Shown: positions 19,988 through 31,699, counted from the first letter of the stretch. The stretch: DNA of 64,000 bases from Bacteroidota bacterium (GCA_012729475.1 JAAYDB010000001.1:1018-65017), one strand, 5' to 3'. Made by a program: numbers and translations. The notes: a model not told the origin generated them from the sequence alone.

Positions 19988-21573
19988 TAAGGATTTTTAA
20001 AAATATCTTCCATTTTTTTGGGTCTCATATTTTCATGCCAGGTGAATCCATCTAACTTTGTGTTTTCCCCTGGCGATGCAGATGGAGGATCTATAACACC
20101 TTCAGGATTCTGATATTCGAAAATATCAGTTATATTTCCGTTGTCAATCAGAATTTCAATCCTTGAACATTTTGCTGTATTGATTCCGATTATTTCATCT
20201 CCGTCGATCAGATAGTATATCGATTCTCCGTTTCCGTTAATGTCGATTTTATAAATATCGTTATTTTTAAAATAGCCGGTAAGGGATCTGCCTTTTATCT
20301 GGTTGAACCGTACAGAGTCTACCTGGCTGACAACAAAAGCAGAGTTATATAACTCAATTCTTTCTGCCTGTCTGTTTTTGGTAAAAAGAGCAACAGAATC
20401 AGAAGTCAATTGGTTTTCTTTTGACCATAGTACAGGTTCTTCGTAGAATCTTATTACAGAATCCCTGAAAGAATAGGAAAGTGAATCGCATTTGCCCTGC
20501 AGATCTTTACTGAATATTTTACAGCTATAATATGCTCTCATCAGCCTGTATTCAGAACCTGCAGTATCAATAACCGAAATGGCACTAATAGTATCAGCAT
20601 GCAAAAACAGGGAATCTTTGCTATCGGATATCTGGGTAAACAATGCACTGTCAGTAACCATAAAACGCTCAGGGTATTTAAAATACCATGCATAATTTCC
20701 CCCTACAATAATATTATTGTTCGTATCTGCAATAGTAACATTTCCGAATGATTGTCCGTATCCGGTATCCTCGTTATAAAACAGGGAGTCTCCCCGGATG
20801 ATCTGCTGCATATTGTCTATTACAGCGTTTTGCCAGATACTGGTAGTATTGTTTTTCGTGTCATACCACCCTTTTTCACAATACAGATACAGGCTGTCTC
20901 CTTTCATTTCCGAAGGACCTGCAAATATAGCTGTCTCTGTCTCTGTATTGTAATTCATTGTATCAGCGCTCAATATGTAATCAGGATTAACAATTCTCAC
21001 ACTGTCTTTGAAATAGAATGTATTAAGTGTGAGGTCGTATATTCCAATCCTGCTGCTAAGAGTGTTTTCAGCATTTATTATTTTTCCTCCTTCAGAGTAT
21101 CTGGCGATTTCATTTCTGACATCATAGTTGACTGAGTTTGTCAGGAGAGTGGTCTCTTTGTTAATCAGTTCAGCATTACCCGTTAGTGTAGCTATTTCCG
21201 ATGCACCGTCGTAAAAGAGGTAGTCACCCATTATGTCAAGTGTATCACCCTGTTCAATATGTATCCGGCTGAAAGCATTTACCTGGTTTTTATCCGGGTA
21301 AAAGTATGCACTGTCACATTTTAAAGTTATTTCATTATGTTCAAGAAAGACATTTCCCCTCAGACGATGCCAGTCTTTTCCCGTTTGCTGTTCTCTTTCT
21401 ATGATATCCTCGTCAGCATGCCTGAGGTCAATTCTTCTTTTTCCTGCAGGTTTATCCTGTATCTCACGACCTGACGAATCTGATGAGATAAACAGAATAA
21501 ATATTGCAATACATGCGATATGTATTGCCCTGAAAAACTTTTGGATATAACGGGAAGAAGCTATTTCAACCAT
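19984..21573 (-). CDS. OstA-like (LptA/LptD N-terminal-like) repeat protein
   Basis: 529 aa with a signal/anchor segment and a repetitive beta-rich sequence. It is translationally overlapped with the upstream surA. The family call is by resemblance only. Confidence 0.55.
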   Translation of the reverse strand: MVEIASSRYIQKFFRAIHIACIAIFILFISSDSSGREIQDKPAGKRRIDLRHADEDIIEREQQTGKDWHRLRGNVFLEHNEITLKCDSAYFYPDKNQVNAFSRIHIEQGDTLDIMGDYLFYDGASEIATLTGNAELINKETTLLTNSVNYDVRNEIARYSEGGKIINAENTLSSRIGIYDLTLNTFYFKDSVRIVNPDYILSADTMNYNTETETAIFAGPSEMKGDSLYLYCEKGWYDTKNNTTSIWQNAVIDNMQQIIRGDSLFYNEDTGYGQSFGNVTIADTNNNIIVGGNYAWYFKYPERFMVTDSALFTQISDSKDSLFLHADTISAISVIDTAGSEYRLMRAYYSCKIFSKDLQGKCDSLSYSFRDSVIRFYEEPVLWSKENQLTSDSVALFTKNRQAERIELYNSAFVVSQVDSVRFNQIKGRSLTGYFKNNDIYKIDINGNGESIYYLIDGDEIIGINTAKCSRIEILIDNGNITDIFEYQNPEGVIDPPSASPGENTKLDGFTWHENMRPKKMEDIFKNPY

Positions 21574-22922
21574 CCCTCTTTTAAAAACTCACATGATTTG
21601 AATTCATCACTGATCCTGATATATGTAACAGCAAGCTTTTTCTCTATCCATTCCTGATAAATTTTGGATCGTTTTTCCATTAATGCTGCATTGTAGAGCA
21701 CCTGATAGTCATCATTGAGGTTTGCCCTGTGAGCCGGAATTTCGTTATCGAGTTTCAGTATCCTGAAAACGGTATTATTATCTTCATCTACTGTTCTATA
21801 GGGTTCAGATATTTCTCCCACATTCAGATCTCTAAGTCTCATATACATGTCAGAATCAAATTCTTCAAGTGTGAACCAGTTATTTCGGTTTGAAGGGTCA
21901 GCACTCACATATTTCCCTCCGTTAATCCAACTGTCTTTATGTGTGGAGAATCTGATGGCAGCATCCTCGAATTTAAGACTGTCTTTTCTTATAAGGTTAG
22001 CTATGCTGTCGAGCTTTGCCAGTGCCTGTTGTTCCTGGTGGGGTTTAACCTTTGGACGAATAAGGATATGACGGGTATTAGCCATATCGCCTTTTCGGTC
22101 AATCATTTGAATAAGATGAAATCCGTATCTCGACTCAACAATTCTGCTGATCCCGTTTTTTTGAAGGCCCCATGCTTCATCACCATAGGGTTTTTCAAGT
22201 TGTCCCTTGAACATAAACCCCAGTTCACCTCCCTTAACAGCAGACCCGGGATCTTCAGAATACAATGCAGCCAGGGCACTGAAACTCTTGCCTTCCAGTA
22301 TCTGGGCTCTTATATCAAGTAGCCTTTGTCTGGCTTCTGCTTTATTTTCTTCATTCTGTGGAGGATCAAGCTGAATAAGGCTCACCTGTACCCGTGCCGG
22401 TATAACAGGCAGACTGTCTTTAGCTAATTCTGCAAAATATCTTTTCAGCTCTCTTGGAGTCAGCTGTATGTCTGCTGCTATGTTGGATTGTACCTGCCGG
22501 ATGATTTCCTGATCCACCATCCGCTGTGTAATATCTCTTTTTATTTCAATCATTGGCTTTTTGAAGTACTCAACAATAGCCTCTTCACTGCCAGCTTCGC
22601 TGATAGCCCGGTTGATCTGCGCATTAACATCACCTTCCACTGCATCAGGAGATACAATGATGCTGTCAATCCTGGCCTGATCAAGAAAAAGTCTTGATAC
22701 AAGTAACTCCTGAAAGATATAACAACGAAGCTCATCGATGGGAGTTTTTTCTCCGCTTGCACGGAACTCAATAACCATATCTTCTATATCAGACAGATAG
22801 ACTACTTCATTGCCTACAACAGCAGCAATTGATTCTACAAGAACCTGCGACCTGACAAGTGTCAATCCCGAAAGAAAGACACATACCAGAATAAATAATA
22901 ATCTTCTTCCTCGTCTCATCAT
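21561..22922 (-). CDS. surA: Periplasmic chaperone / peptidylprolyl isomerase SurA
   Basis: It has a signal peptide, a SurA N-terminal domain and a parvulin domain (GGELGFMFKGQLEKPYGDEAW ... YGFHLIQMIDRKG). Confidence 0.85.
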   Translation of the reverse strand: MMRRGRRLLFILVCVFLSGLTLVRSQVLVESIAAVVGNEVVYLSDIEDMVIEFRASGEKTPIDELRCYIFQELLVSRLFLDQARIDSIIVSPDAVEGDVNAQINRAISEAGSEEAIVEYFKKPMIEIKRDITQRMVDQEIIRQVQSNIAADIQLTPRELKRYFAELAKDSLPVIPARVQVSLIQLDPPQNEENKAEARQRLLDIRAQILEGKSFSALAALYSEDPGSAVKGGELGFMFKGQLEKPYGDEAWGLQKNGISRIVESRYGFHLIQMIDRKGDMANTRHILIRPKVKPHQEQQALAKLDSIANLIRKDSLKFEDAAIRFSTHKDSWINGGKYVSADPSNRNNWFTLEEFDSDMYMRLRDLNVGEISEPYRTVDEDNNTVFRILKLDNEIPAHRANLNDDYQVLYNAALMEKRSKIYQEWIEKKLAVTYIRISDEFKSCEFLKEGWLK

Positions 22923-22927
22923 CTTGT

Positions 22928-23779
22928 TTAATTATAAATCCTGAAAATATTATTTCTGACAGCTTCATCATAGATCCCGTTCTCAAGTGACTGTATGAAT
23001 TCTATTCTTCTGAGATTCCAGATCATTCTCATGATATCATCTTTTACATATTCAAGAGGAGCAAGGGATGATCTTAGTTTATAGTCTCTGATAACGACAA
23101 AATAAAGAAATTCTGAATCAGATGTCTCAAAGAAAGTAGTTCTTCTCAGAAAACTCTCCTGGTTGTTAATTTCCTGTGGCAGTTCAACTGAGATCATATC
23201 CAGAGGGATCCAGTCTTCATTAAAATCGTCAAATTTCTCGGCAAACTGATAACATAAAGTTTCCAGTTCCTGCAGATCATCCTGTTGTGTCGATCTGGCC
23301 AGAGATCTTATACGGCCTGGGTTTGGTGTCTCTACCGGAATTTTAATGAAAAGGGCTTTAACTATATTTGACTGGAGCATAAGACTAGCCTGGTTTGCAT
23401 TATAGTAATCTTCCAGTTCACGGTCGCTTATTACAGTATCCATCCTTTCATACATCATTTGTCTTTGGTAATGGTATATGGCCAGATCAGCTCTTGCTTC
23501 CTCCAGTTGTCTGTTTATTTCATCCCTGTACTCAGATGTCAGATTTTCTTCAGCTTTCTGGAAGAGAAGTTCTTTTTTTGCCCATCTGTTTATATAATTT
23601 TTTATAATGGAGGTGCTGTCAGCAGAAGAGGTTCCCGGCTGAACAATCGGTGGTATCTGATCCAGATAAAGCACAGTGTTTCCCGCTCTGGCAACTGCAA
23701 TACGTTTGGAATTCTTGACATTATCTCTGCAAGCAGATGAAAGCATCAAAATAATTAATAATGGTAATATTTTATTCAT
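22928..23779 (-). CDS. SurA-N-domain-like lipoprotein chaperone (no obvious parvulin domain)
   Basis: ATG 23779 gives MNKILPLLIILMLSSACRD, a lipoprotein signal with Cys, 4 nt after the upstream stop. The helical chaperone-like sequence lies between two PPIase genes. Confidence 0.5.
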   Translation of the reverse strand: MNKILPLLIILMLSSACRDNVKNSKRIAVARAGNTVLYLDQIPPIVQPGTSSADSTSIIKNYINRWAKKELLFQKAEENLTSEYRDEINRQLEEARADLAIYHYQRQMMYERMDTVISDRELEDYYNANQASLMLQSNIVKALFIKIPVETPNPGRIRSLARSTQQDDLQELETLCYQFAEKFDDFNEDWIPLDMISVELPQEINNQESFLRRTTFFETSDSEFLYFVVIRDYKLRSSLAPLEYVKDDIMRMIWNLRRIEFIQSLENGIYDEAVRNNIFRIYN

Positions 23780-25739
23780 TGACCAGACTCTCTTTAACCT
23801 TGTCAAATATATGATCATAAATCTTAACGGCATATTTTTCTCTTAATTGTCTTATCCATTCCTTCTCCAGGTATTCCTGATAAGTGGCTATCATTTCACC
23901 CTGAATATTTTCAAAAGCTTCAGGTGTAGGTTCTATGATGTTGTTTATCATAATGAAAGAGGGATAATTATTAATTTCCAGATACTGTTTCCCTTTTTTC
24001 CAGGAAATTTTGTCAATAAGCGGATCATCTCCTTCTTCACATTTTTTTTCAGTTATGATAAGAACAGAATCATTGTTTTTGTTAAATCGTTCAATCATAA
24101 GCTGATCAGTGTTTTTCTTTCTCGAATATTTCCTTAAAGCAGAGGATAGCTTCCTTTTACCGTCAGATATCCTAAGGGTGTATAATTTCCCTTCGATACT
24201 CCTCTTGGTCATGTATTCATATTTGTGTTCTTCATAAAACCTTTTTAATCCGGAAGTATCCTCATGGACCCTGTTCCAGATCGTTTCTTCTGATATTTCA
24301 AACAGAAGAATTCCGTCATGGAATTCTTTCATGAGATATCTGAATTCAGGATATTTTTTTTCCAGTATGGAATTTTCATATTTCATTATCTGGTCTGCAG
24401 CCAGAGCATCAATTGACTGATTAATAAATGTTGCCGGATCATTTGATGGAATGATGGATTTCCTTGTTTCAACAAAAGAAGCAAATTCATTTGTTGTGAG
24501 TTGCTGATCGGCAAAAGTGTATATATTCCCGGAAGGTATTGATTTTCTGTTGTATGTGGATATCCCTTTTATGATCATTGTGTCGGTGTGTGACACAAAC
24601 CAGTTAAAGGCTTTTTTATCGATGCGGAAATCATATTCTTTTTTTAAGGTGTTAATAAATGATCTTTTGCTTAAGGTATTAAGATGGGACTGGTTGATTC
24701 TGCTTTCAAGGAATGATCTTGTTTCCTCAAAAGAGCCGGGGGCTTTTTTATCGAGTAACTTTATTATGTGCCATCCGTAGATGGTTTTAACCGGTTTCGT
24801 GAAGAGACCTGTGTCGGTCAGGGAAAAAGCTGCTTCAGCAAATTCATGAATTATTTCTCCTGTGCCAAACCAGTCCAGTCTTCCTTCCCGTGATGCTGAC
24901 TCTTTATGGTCCGAGTGTTTTTCTACCAGTTCAGTAAATGGTTTGCCTTCTGTCAGCTCCTTATAAATATTGTTAATGGTTCTTTCTGCAAGAACAGCAT
25001 CTTCTTCGCTTGTTCCGGGTGGAGAGGCTTTCATTATATGAGCAACAAGTACCTTGCCTTTTGCAGGTCTTCTGTCTGTAACTCTTATTATATGATAGCC
25101 ATAAGGTGTTTTGACAGGTTGTGACACAGTTCCTTTCTTTAGTTTGTAAGCAGCATCCTCGAAAGGTGTTATCATCTGAAATACTGTGAAATACCCCAGA
25201 TATCCGCCGTTAAGTCTTGCAGAAGGATCATCAGAAGTGCTTTTGGCAACCTGTTCGAATGATTCTCCTCTAAGAATCCTTTCTCTTACATCCAGTGCTT
25301 TTTCCCATGCCAGAAGAGTGTCATGAGGCGATGATCCCGCAGGGCATTCAATGAGTACATGCCATGCACTTATCTCTGTACGCGATCTCTCATATGTCTT
25401 TTTTAATAATTCTTCTTTTGTCCCGGGGTCAGTCAGGTAGTTTTGTGCTAACTGGGTCCGGTAGCCTTCAAGTTCATTACGGAATGATGCAGTGGTATCC
25501 AGCCCTTTGTCAATTGCTTCCGCTACTTTTAGTCTGAATATTACATACTGCTCAAGATAATCCTCAATATCAGGCATCTGTCCGGTTTCGTGACTCTTTT
25601 CGTACATCCTTATGAATTCTCCGGCAGAGATATCTTTTCCTTCTATCGTCATTAATACACTATCATTCAGACTTTGTGTCTTACAGACAAGAGATGTCGT
25701 AAAAAAGATCAGGATGATTGTTAATGATCTGAAGTTCAT
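23772..25739 (-). CDS. PpiD/SurA-like peptidylprolyl isomerase with two parvulin domains
   Basis: It has a signal peptide and two parvulin cores (GGYLGYFTVFQMITPFEDAAY ... YGYHIIRV and GRLDWFGTGEIIHEFAEAAF ... YGWHIIKL). Confidence 0.85.
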   Translation of the reverse strand: MNFRSLTIILIFFTTSLVCKTQSLNDSVLMTIEGKDISAGEFIRMYEKSHETGQMPDIEDYLEQYVIFRLKVAEAIDKGLDTTASFRNELEGYRTQLAQNYLTDPGTKEELLKKTYERSRTEISAWHVLIECPAGSSPHDTLLAWEKALDVRERILRGESFEQVAKSTSDDPSARLNGGYLGYFTVFQMITPFEDAAYKLKKGTVSQPVKTPYGYHIIRVTDRRPAKGKVLVAHIMKASPPGTSEEDAVLAERTINNIYKELTEGKPFTELVEKHSDHKESASREGRLDWFGTGEIIHEFAEAAFSLTDTGLFTKPVKTIYGWHIIKLLDKKAPGSFEETRSFLESRINQSHLNTLSKRSFINTLKKEYDFRIDKKAFNWFVSHTDTMIIKGISTYNRKSIPSGNIYTFADQQLTTNEFASFVETRKSIIPSNDPATFINQSIDALAADQIMKYENSILEKKYPEFRYLMKEFHDGILLFEISEETIWNRVHEDTSGLKRFYEEHKYEYMTKRSIEGKLYTLRISDGKRKLSSALRKYSRKKNTDQLMIERFNKNNDSVLIITEKKCEEGDDPLIDKISWKKGKQYLEINNYPSFIMINNIIEPTPEAFENIQGEMIATYQEYLEKEWIRQLREKYAVKIYDHIFDKVKESLVNE

Positions 25740-25761
25740 CAGGATGGAAAAACTGTAATGG

Positions 25762-27243
25762 TTATTCGACTAATTTCCTGCTGTAGTTAGGAGATTCTTT
25801 TGTAATAGTTACATCATGCGGATGGCTTTCAATAATTCCTGAACCGGTTATTCTCACAAATTTCCCGTTTTTCTTCAGTTCAGAAATATTTCTAGCACCC
25901 AGATAGCCCATTCCTGCTCTCAAGCCTCCGGTCATCTGAAAAATGACTTCAGCAAGAGTGCCTTTATATGGAACTCTTGCTGCTATACCTTCCGGAACAA
26001 GTTTCTTAATGTCATCTTCCATATCCTGGAAATAACGGTCTTTTGATCCCTGCTGCATGGCTTCCAGAGAGCCCATGCCCCTGTAGGCCTTGAATTTGCG
26101 GCCGTTATAAATAATTGTCTCTCCGGGAGATTCTTCCACACCTGCGAAGAGTGATCCTGCCATTATACTATCCGCTCCGGCAGCTAAGGCTTTAACTATA
26201 TCCCCCGAATACCTTATTCCTCCATCAGCAATAATGGGTATTCCTGACCCGGCTATAGCTTTGTAGACATTATATATGGCTGAGAGCTGTGGGATTCCTA
26301 CTCCTGTGACTATCCGTGTTGTGCAAATAGACCCGGGTCCTATTCCCACCTTAAGGGCATCAGCTCCTTCCCTGACGAGCTTGAGTGCTGCTTCGGGAGT
26401 CCCTATGTTTCCAACAACTACTTCAATATCAGGATAATTCTTTTTAACGTCTTTAAGAATGCCGATAACACTTCTGGTATGTGCATGGGCTGTATCGATA
26501 ACTAAAACATCAATATTTGCTGAAACTAAAGCATCAACCCTTAATATAGTGTCAGAAGCTATTCCCACAGCAGCAGCAACCCTTAAACGGCCTTTGTCAT
26601 CTTTGCATGAACTGGGACGATCCTTTGTTTTTGTAATATCTTTATATGTTATGAGACCGATCAGTTTACCTTCTTCATCTACCATAGGAAGTTTTTCAAT
26701 CTTGTGTTTCTGCAGGATTCTTGCCGCTGCTTCAAGATCAGTCTGATGATTGGTAGTGATAAGATCTTTAGTCATCACTTCTGTTATCTTCCTGTTGTGT
26801 TTGTTCTCAAAGCGGAGATCCCTGTTTGTCACTATTCCTTTTAAAATACCATTCTCATCAATAACCGGTATGCCTCCGATTTTATATTCCGTCATGAGGT
26901 GAATGGCTTCAGCTACAGTAGCATTAAGATTAATTGTAATTGGATCGAAGATCATTACATTCTCAGCCCGCTTAACTTTTTTTACCTGAGCAGCCTGATC
27001 TTCAATACTCATGTTCTTGTGAATAACACCTATGCCACCTTCCCTTGCAATAGCCACAGCCATATCATCTTCGGTAACAGTATCCATAGCAGCAGATACC
27101 ACAGGGGTGTTTAACTGTATTTTTTTTGTGAAATGTGTACTCAGATCCACTTCTCTGGGAAGTACTTCTGAGTATGAAGGGATGAGCAATACATCATCGA
27201 ATGTTATACCTTCATATAATACTTTATCTTCTAGAAATGACAT
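25762..27243 (-). CDS. guaB: IMP dehydrogenase
   Basis: 493 aa with a CBS pair insert and the catalytic loop [11 protein letters not shown]. Confidence 0.96.
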   Translation of the reverse strand: MSFLEDKVLYEGITFDDVLLIPSYSEVLPREVDLSTHFTKKIQLNTPVVSAAMDTVTEDDMAVAIAREGGIGVIHKNMSIEDQAAQVKKVKRAENVMIFDPITINLNATVAEAIHLMTEYKIGGIPVIDENGILKGIVTNRDLRFENKHNRKITEVMTKDLITTNHQTDLEAAARILQKHKIEKLPMVDEEGKLIGLITYKDITKTKDRPSSCKDDKGRLRVAAAVGIASDTILRVDALVSANIDVLVIDTAHAHTRSVIGILKDVKKNYPDIEVVVGNIGTPEAALKLVREGADALKVGIGPGSICTTRIVTGVGIPQLSAIYNVYKAIAGSGIPIIADGGIRYSGDIVKALAAGADSIMAGSLFAGVEESPGETIIYNGRKFKAYRGMGSLEAMQQGSKDRYFQDMEDDIKKLVPEGIAARVPYKGTLAEVIFQMTGGLRAGMGYLGARNISELKKNGKFVRITGSGIIESHPHDVTITKESPNYSRKLVE

Positions 27244-27371
27244 TGAGTGAATATTTATTTTTTAATGCCGCAAAATACTAAAAATTAATCACTCGTGAAA
27301 CATTCATTCTTATTCCATTCTGATAAAAATTGAATAACTGTTACTATTTTTGTCTTTATTAATGCTCCGCT

Positions 27372-29303
27372 GTGATAAACGATATTGAACCATACAGACA
27401 AATACTTACAAAATACTGGGGTTTCACTTCTTTCAGGCCACTCCAGGAAGACATAATCAAATCTGTAGCTGATGGTAAGGACACTCTCGGTCTTATGCCT
27501 ACAGGAGGAGGAAAGTCAGTCACTTTCCAGGTTCCCGGATTGGTGAAAGAAGGTATCTGTTTGGTTATCACACCTCTTATTGCATTGATGAGAGAGCAGG
27601 TTAACCGCCTTAATAGTATGGGGGTCAGAGCATTGGCCGTTCATTCCGGCTTGTCTGCAGAAGAAATAGATATTATTCTTGAAAACAGTATTTATGGGGA
27701 TTACAAATTCTTGTACATTTCACCGGAAAGGATATCGACAAGGATTTTTCAGGCCCGTCTGCCGAAAATGCCGCTAAATCTCATAGCTGTTGATGAAGCT
27801 CATTGTATCTCTCAATGGGGATATGATTTCCGTCCTTCATATCTTAAAATTGCTTCCATTAGGGAGATCATTCCGGACAATATTCCTGTTCTGGCCCTCT
27901 CAGCTTCTGCTACACCACAGGTGTCAGAGGATATAATGAACAGGCTTAAATTCAAAGAACAAAATGTTTTGAAGACCAGCTTCGAAAGAAAGAATATTTC
28001 ATACCTGATCAGGAGAGTGGATGATAAGGGCACATGGCTGGTAAAGACATTGAAAAAAATAAAGGGGAGTGGTATAGTTTATGTCAGAAGCAGGAAGAGA
28101 ACCAAAGAGATTGCTGAACTACTTACTGCTAATGGAATAGAAGCTGATTTTTACCATGCCGGTCTTCCTGATGATCTTCGGTATAAAAGACAATCTGCCT
28201 GGTCGTCAGGTTCAATGAGAGTTATTGTGGCAACGAATGCATTTGGGATGGGTATAGATAAGGCTGATGTGAGATTTGTTGTTCACTGGCAAATGCCCGA
28301 TTGCGTTGAAGAATATTTTCAGGAAAGCGGAAGGGCCGGCCGTGACAATAAACCTGCCTATGCTGTTCTCCTGTATTCATCTTCCGATAAGAGCCGTATG
28401 GAAGAGTCGGTTAAGAAAAAATTTCCACCAGTTGAAAGAATAAAAGATGTATATGAAGCTCTGTGTAATTACCTGAAAGTACCGGTTGGATCTGGAAAAG
28501 ACAATGTCTTTGATTTTAATATAGCTGATTTTATATCTAATTACCGGCTTCCTGTGATTGAAACATATAATAGTCTTAAGTTTTTACAAAGAGAGGGTTA
28601 CATTGAATTTACCGAAGAGATAAATAATCCCTCACGTGTGCACTTTGTTGTAGGAAGAGACGACCTTTATAAATTCCAGGTGGCTAATGAATCCTTTGAT
28701 GGTTTTATTAAACTTCTCCTTCGGTCATATACCGGTATGTTCTCCGGTTATGTTGTGATAAATGAGGATGATCTGGCCAGGAAGTCTGCCATTTCAAGAG
28801 ATATTGTTTACAATTATCTGGTCAAATTATCTTCATTGAACATTATAAAATATATACCAGGGAAAAAGACAGCATTGGTAATCTTCACAGAAGAAAGGCT
28901 TGACAGAAAGTCTCTTCTGATTTCACCGGAAAATTACTTACAGGTAAAGGAGAAATATGTTATCAGATTGAATAAGATGATCGACTATGCCAGTATGAAT
29001 ACTAAATGCCGTTCAGTGGTTCTTCTTGACTATTTTGGAGAAGAATCGGAGAGATGTGGTATATGTGATGTATGCCGGGAAAGGAATGAGCTGGATCTGA
29101 GTAAATATGAGTTTGATCTTATTCTTGACGATATCAAGGAAAAGCTTTCAGAACAAAAATATGATGTACGCGCCCTTGCTGCAGAAATTGATTACACTGA
29201 AGAAAAGGTCATAAAGGTAATACGTTGGCTTCTTGATCACAACAAACTCTTAAAAGATGAAAAAAACCTGTTGTCATGGAAGGAACCGGATCTTTTTTCT
29301 TGA
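27372..29303 (+). CDS. recQ: ATP-dependent DNA helicase RecQ
   Basis: It carries Walker A (MPTGGGKS), DEAH (VDEAHCISQWGYDFRP) and an RQC/Zn-binding Cys cluster (CRSVVLLDYFGEESERCGICDVC). The start codon is GTG. Confidence 0.93.
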   Translation: MINDIEPYRQILTKYWGFTSFRPLQEDIIKSVADGKDTLGLMPTGGGKSVTFQVPGLVKEGICLVITPLIALMREQVNRLNSMGVRALAVHSGLSAEEIDIILENSIYGDYKFLYISPERISTRIFQARLPKMPLNLIAVDEAHCISQWGYDFRPSYLKIASIREIIPDNIPVLALSASATPQVSEDIMNRLKFKEQNVLKTSFERKNISYLIRRVDDKGTWLVKTLKKIKGSGIVYVRSRKRTKEIAELLTANGIEADFYHAGLPDDLRYKRQSAWSSGSMRVIVATNAFGMGIDKADVRFVVHWQMPDCVEEYFQESGRAGRDNKPAYAVLLYSSSDKSRMEESVKKKFPPVERIKDVYEALCNYLKVPVGSGKDNVFDFNIADFISNYRLPVIETYNSLKFLQREGYIEFTEEINNPSRVHFVVGRDDLYKFQVANESFDGFIKLLLRSYTGMFSGYVVINEDDLARKSAISRDIVYNYLVKLSSLNIIKYIPGKKTALVIFTEERLDRKSLLISPENYLQVKEKYVIRLNKMIDYASMNTKCRSVVLLDYFGEESERCGICDVCRERNELDLSKYEFDLILDDIKEKLSEQKYDVRALAAEIDYTEEKVIKVIRWLLDHNKLLKDEKNLLSWKEPDLFS

Positions 29304-29308
29304 AAAGA

Positions 29309-31453
29309 TCAGGGTAGTTTCTTTAATCCTTCCCATTTGACTGTCCAGGTGCCATCATAAGGAAATCCGGGGGTATCGGTTTCAGGTCCGTTTTCCCAAC
29401 CGGCGCACATCATGGCTATTGCAGAAAGGAGAGCTCCATTCCCCGGAAGGTATATTTTAAGTCTCTGATTCTGGTAATTATGCCCGTTAATTAGCCATGT
29501 GTTGGTTTCTGTATCTTTAAAAAGAGCATCAATGGCTTTTTCCGGCATGCCGAGTCTTGTAGCTGCCATGGCAGTCATAGGGAAATCCCAGCCCCAGGTG
29601 TCAGGCCATTGCCAGTTATCCCAGACATATGCAAATGTATTCTTCATGGTTTCGTAATCTATTAACGGACTGTTGGGAAGCATCCCGAAAGTGCCGGTCA
29701 CCATTGGATGATCACTTATAAAGCGGGGGTTCTGATATGAATCCGGGGCACTTTCAGCTGAAAGATATAATCCGTCTTTTTTAGGAAGGGGCGATAATTT
29801 ATCAGAAACCTCAACCCATTTGGAGACAGGGCTGAGGTTAAGCCTTTCCTTCCATTTACATGCTGTCGTCAGGCACCATTGCCAGTAAGCCAGTTCGAAA
29901 GGGGAGTTGAAAGATGTTTCAGCAGGAAATCTCTCCTGTGCCGGGATGAGAGGCGGCCCCAGTATATACCTGTCGTTTTCTGAATCATGCCAAGCAAAAG
30001 ATGCCATAAAATCAGCTGCCCCGAAAACCACATCCGAATATTTTCTTAAAATATCATTATTCGGTGAATTACGGTAGCATAATTCCGCCATATATATAAT
30101 ATGAGGTTGCTGCCAGATAAGAAAAGATCCGACTCCGGAGGGACTGTCAGTACCCGAAGGGTCAGTCATCTTGGGCCATCTGAGACCTTCAAAACCTTGC
30201 CTTGCTGCAGTTTCTTTTGCCTTCGGAATAATTTTACCGTAATAAGCAAGACTTTGTTCAAGAAGATGAGCTCTGTCCCACAGGGCATAGTGGATACCAT
30301 GCCAGTAATGCATTTCGAGATGGAATTTTCCATGCCAGCTGTTAAAAGTGAGGCCGGTTTCGGATGGAGGATAGATACCTGCACATTGTGCTTTCGTGAG
30401 ATACTGTGAAAGAACGATGCGCCTTTCCAGCTCCGGGGCTCTTGGGTCTGTACTGCCTGATAAATCGACAGCACCTCCGCTTAACCAGAATCGCTCCCAT
30501 GATGCTTTATTGTTGGCCTCTGTAGCCCGGAAATCCGGCAGATTGTCGGTAAAGGGTTCTTCATTGAAAAGACATGAGAAACTAAAATCATGTTCCCCCG
30601 GATCTGGATTAAGATAAAAAATGTGTTTGTCTGATTCCTCTATTTCTGCTTCAGATGACCATTCCATTTTTACTTCATAAGTGGTGTCATCAATAGATCT
30701 TTTTATAGAAGCTGATCCCGGACCGGTTCTTATTTCAGAAAGGTGGCGTCCAGGTTTGGTCCAGTCACATCCAGAGTCTGTATGCTGCCCGGTAGGATAG
30801 GGGAAGGATATCTTAATGCGCAGCAAGCCCTGTTCTATCAATGGTGAACTGATTCTTGCTGACATGAGGTCAATATCCTGATGGACAAACGTTGTGACCG
30901 TTACAGGATTATCTGCTATTTTAAAGTGACTTGCTATTTCTCCGTTCCAGGGATTCAGTGTCTGATGTATTTCATTTATCTCATCAGCAGTAACGGGCTT
31001 CCCGTCGGGATGTATCAGATCAAGACCAATGACACCGAGATGGAGACGATGCGGGTTTTGTCTGAAATAGTTTACTGCTTCCCTCTTGCGTTCAGGCATC
31101 GGAATCTGTACTGAAAAGGGCACTTGCCGGCCGTGATAATTATAATCTTCCAGCGTCTCTTCAAATTTGTAATCCATGGTGTTTGGGAAACTGTGCCACC
31201 CCCATTCCGATTGTGTTCCCAGAGGTATACCTCTCTCATACAGCGAAGGAAATGTCTGAAGACCCGTAAAATCCACTGTATAAGCAAACTTTCCGTTACC
31301 CACAGTAAGAGGATTCAAAATATTTACAGAATCAATTAGGATTTTATGCCTGTTAACCAGTTCTTTGCGATTGATCTTGTTAGTGCTGTCACTACATGAC
31401 ACTGCAATGAGACTATATAATGCAATAATACAAAGCAGGAGATTTTTTTTCAT
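29309..31453 (-). CDS. Lipoprotein, putative six-hairpin (alpha/alpha)6-type glycoside hydrolase; family not assigned
   Basis: It has a lipoprotein signal (LIAVSCSD). The W-x-G-x-F-H-L-E-M-H-Y-W motif (WHGKFHLEMHYWH) resembles the GH95/GH65-clan catalytic-domain motif. The functional call is tentative. Confidence 0.45.
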   Translation of the reverse strand: MKKNLLLCIIALYSLIAVSCSDSTNKINRKELVNRHKILIDSVNILNPLTVGNGKFAYTVDFTGLQTFPSLYERGIPLGTQSEWGWHSFPNTMDYKFEETLEDYNYHGRQVPFSVQIPMPERKREAVNYFRQNPHRLHLGVIGLDLIHPDGKPVTADEINEIHQTLNPWNGEIASHFKIADNPVTVTTFVHQDIDLMSARISSPLIEQGLLRIKISFPYPTGQHTDSGCDWTKPGRHLSEIRTGPGSASIKRSIDDTTYEVKMEWSSEAEIEESDKHIFYLNPDPGEHDFSFSCLFNEEPFTDNLPDFRATEANNKASWERFWLSGGAVDLSGSTDPRAPELERRIVLSQYLTKAQCAGIYPPSETGLTFNSWHGKFHLEMHYWHGIHYALWDRAHLLEQSLAYYGKIIPKAKETAARQGFEGLRWPKMTDPSGTDSPSGVGSFLIWQQPHIIYMAELCYRNSPNNDILRKYSDVVFGAADFMASFAWHDSENDRYILGPPLIPAQERFPAETSFNSPFELAYWQWCLTTACKWKERLNLSPVSKWVEVSDKLSPLPKKDGLYLSAESAPDSYQNPRFISDHPMVTGTFGMLPNSPLIDYETMKNTFAYVWDNWQWPDTWGWDFPMTAMAATRLGMPEKAIDALFKDTETNTWLINGHNYQNQRLKIYLPGNGALLSAIAMMCAGWENGPETDTPGFPYDGTWTVKWEGLKKLP

Positions 31454-31671
31454 TGTTATTGTTTTTTTTCAATGTATCAATATAAAAAGCAAACAGTCCA
31501 TCCTTTTAAGTGATTTGTTTTGTGCAAATAATAAAGATATCTATAAAAAGATAAATTTACAGATTAATGGAATGAAATGTTTACGGCAGATGCAACACGG
31601 TGACAGCAGTTACAATTAGCAGATATTGACGCTTTCATTCATTTTCATCGCATTTATTTTATTTAATTGTC

Positions 31672-31679
31672 TAATTTTG
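31672..31679 (+). promoter_or_regulatory. Candidate -7 promoter box (TAATTTTG) for the DUF5063/exonuclease pair
   Basis: It matches TAnnTTTG and ends 20 nt upstream of ATG 31700. This supports that start over the track's 31667. Confidence 0.35.
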
Positions 31680-31699
31680 CAGTCAGGCATAAAAAAATC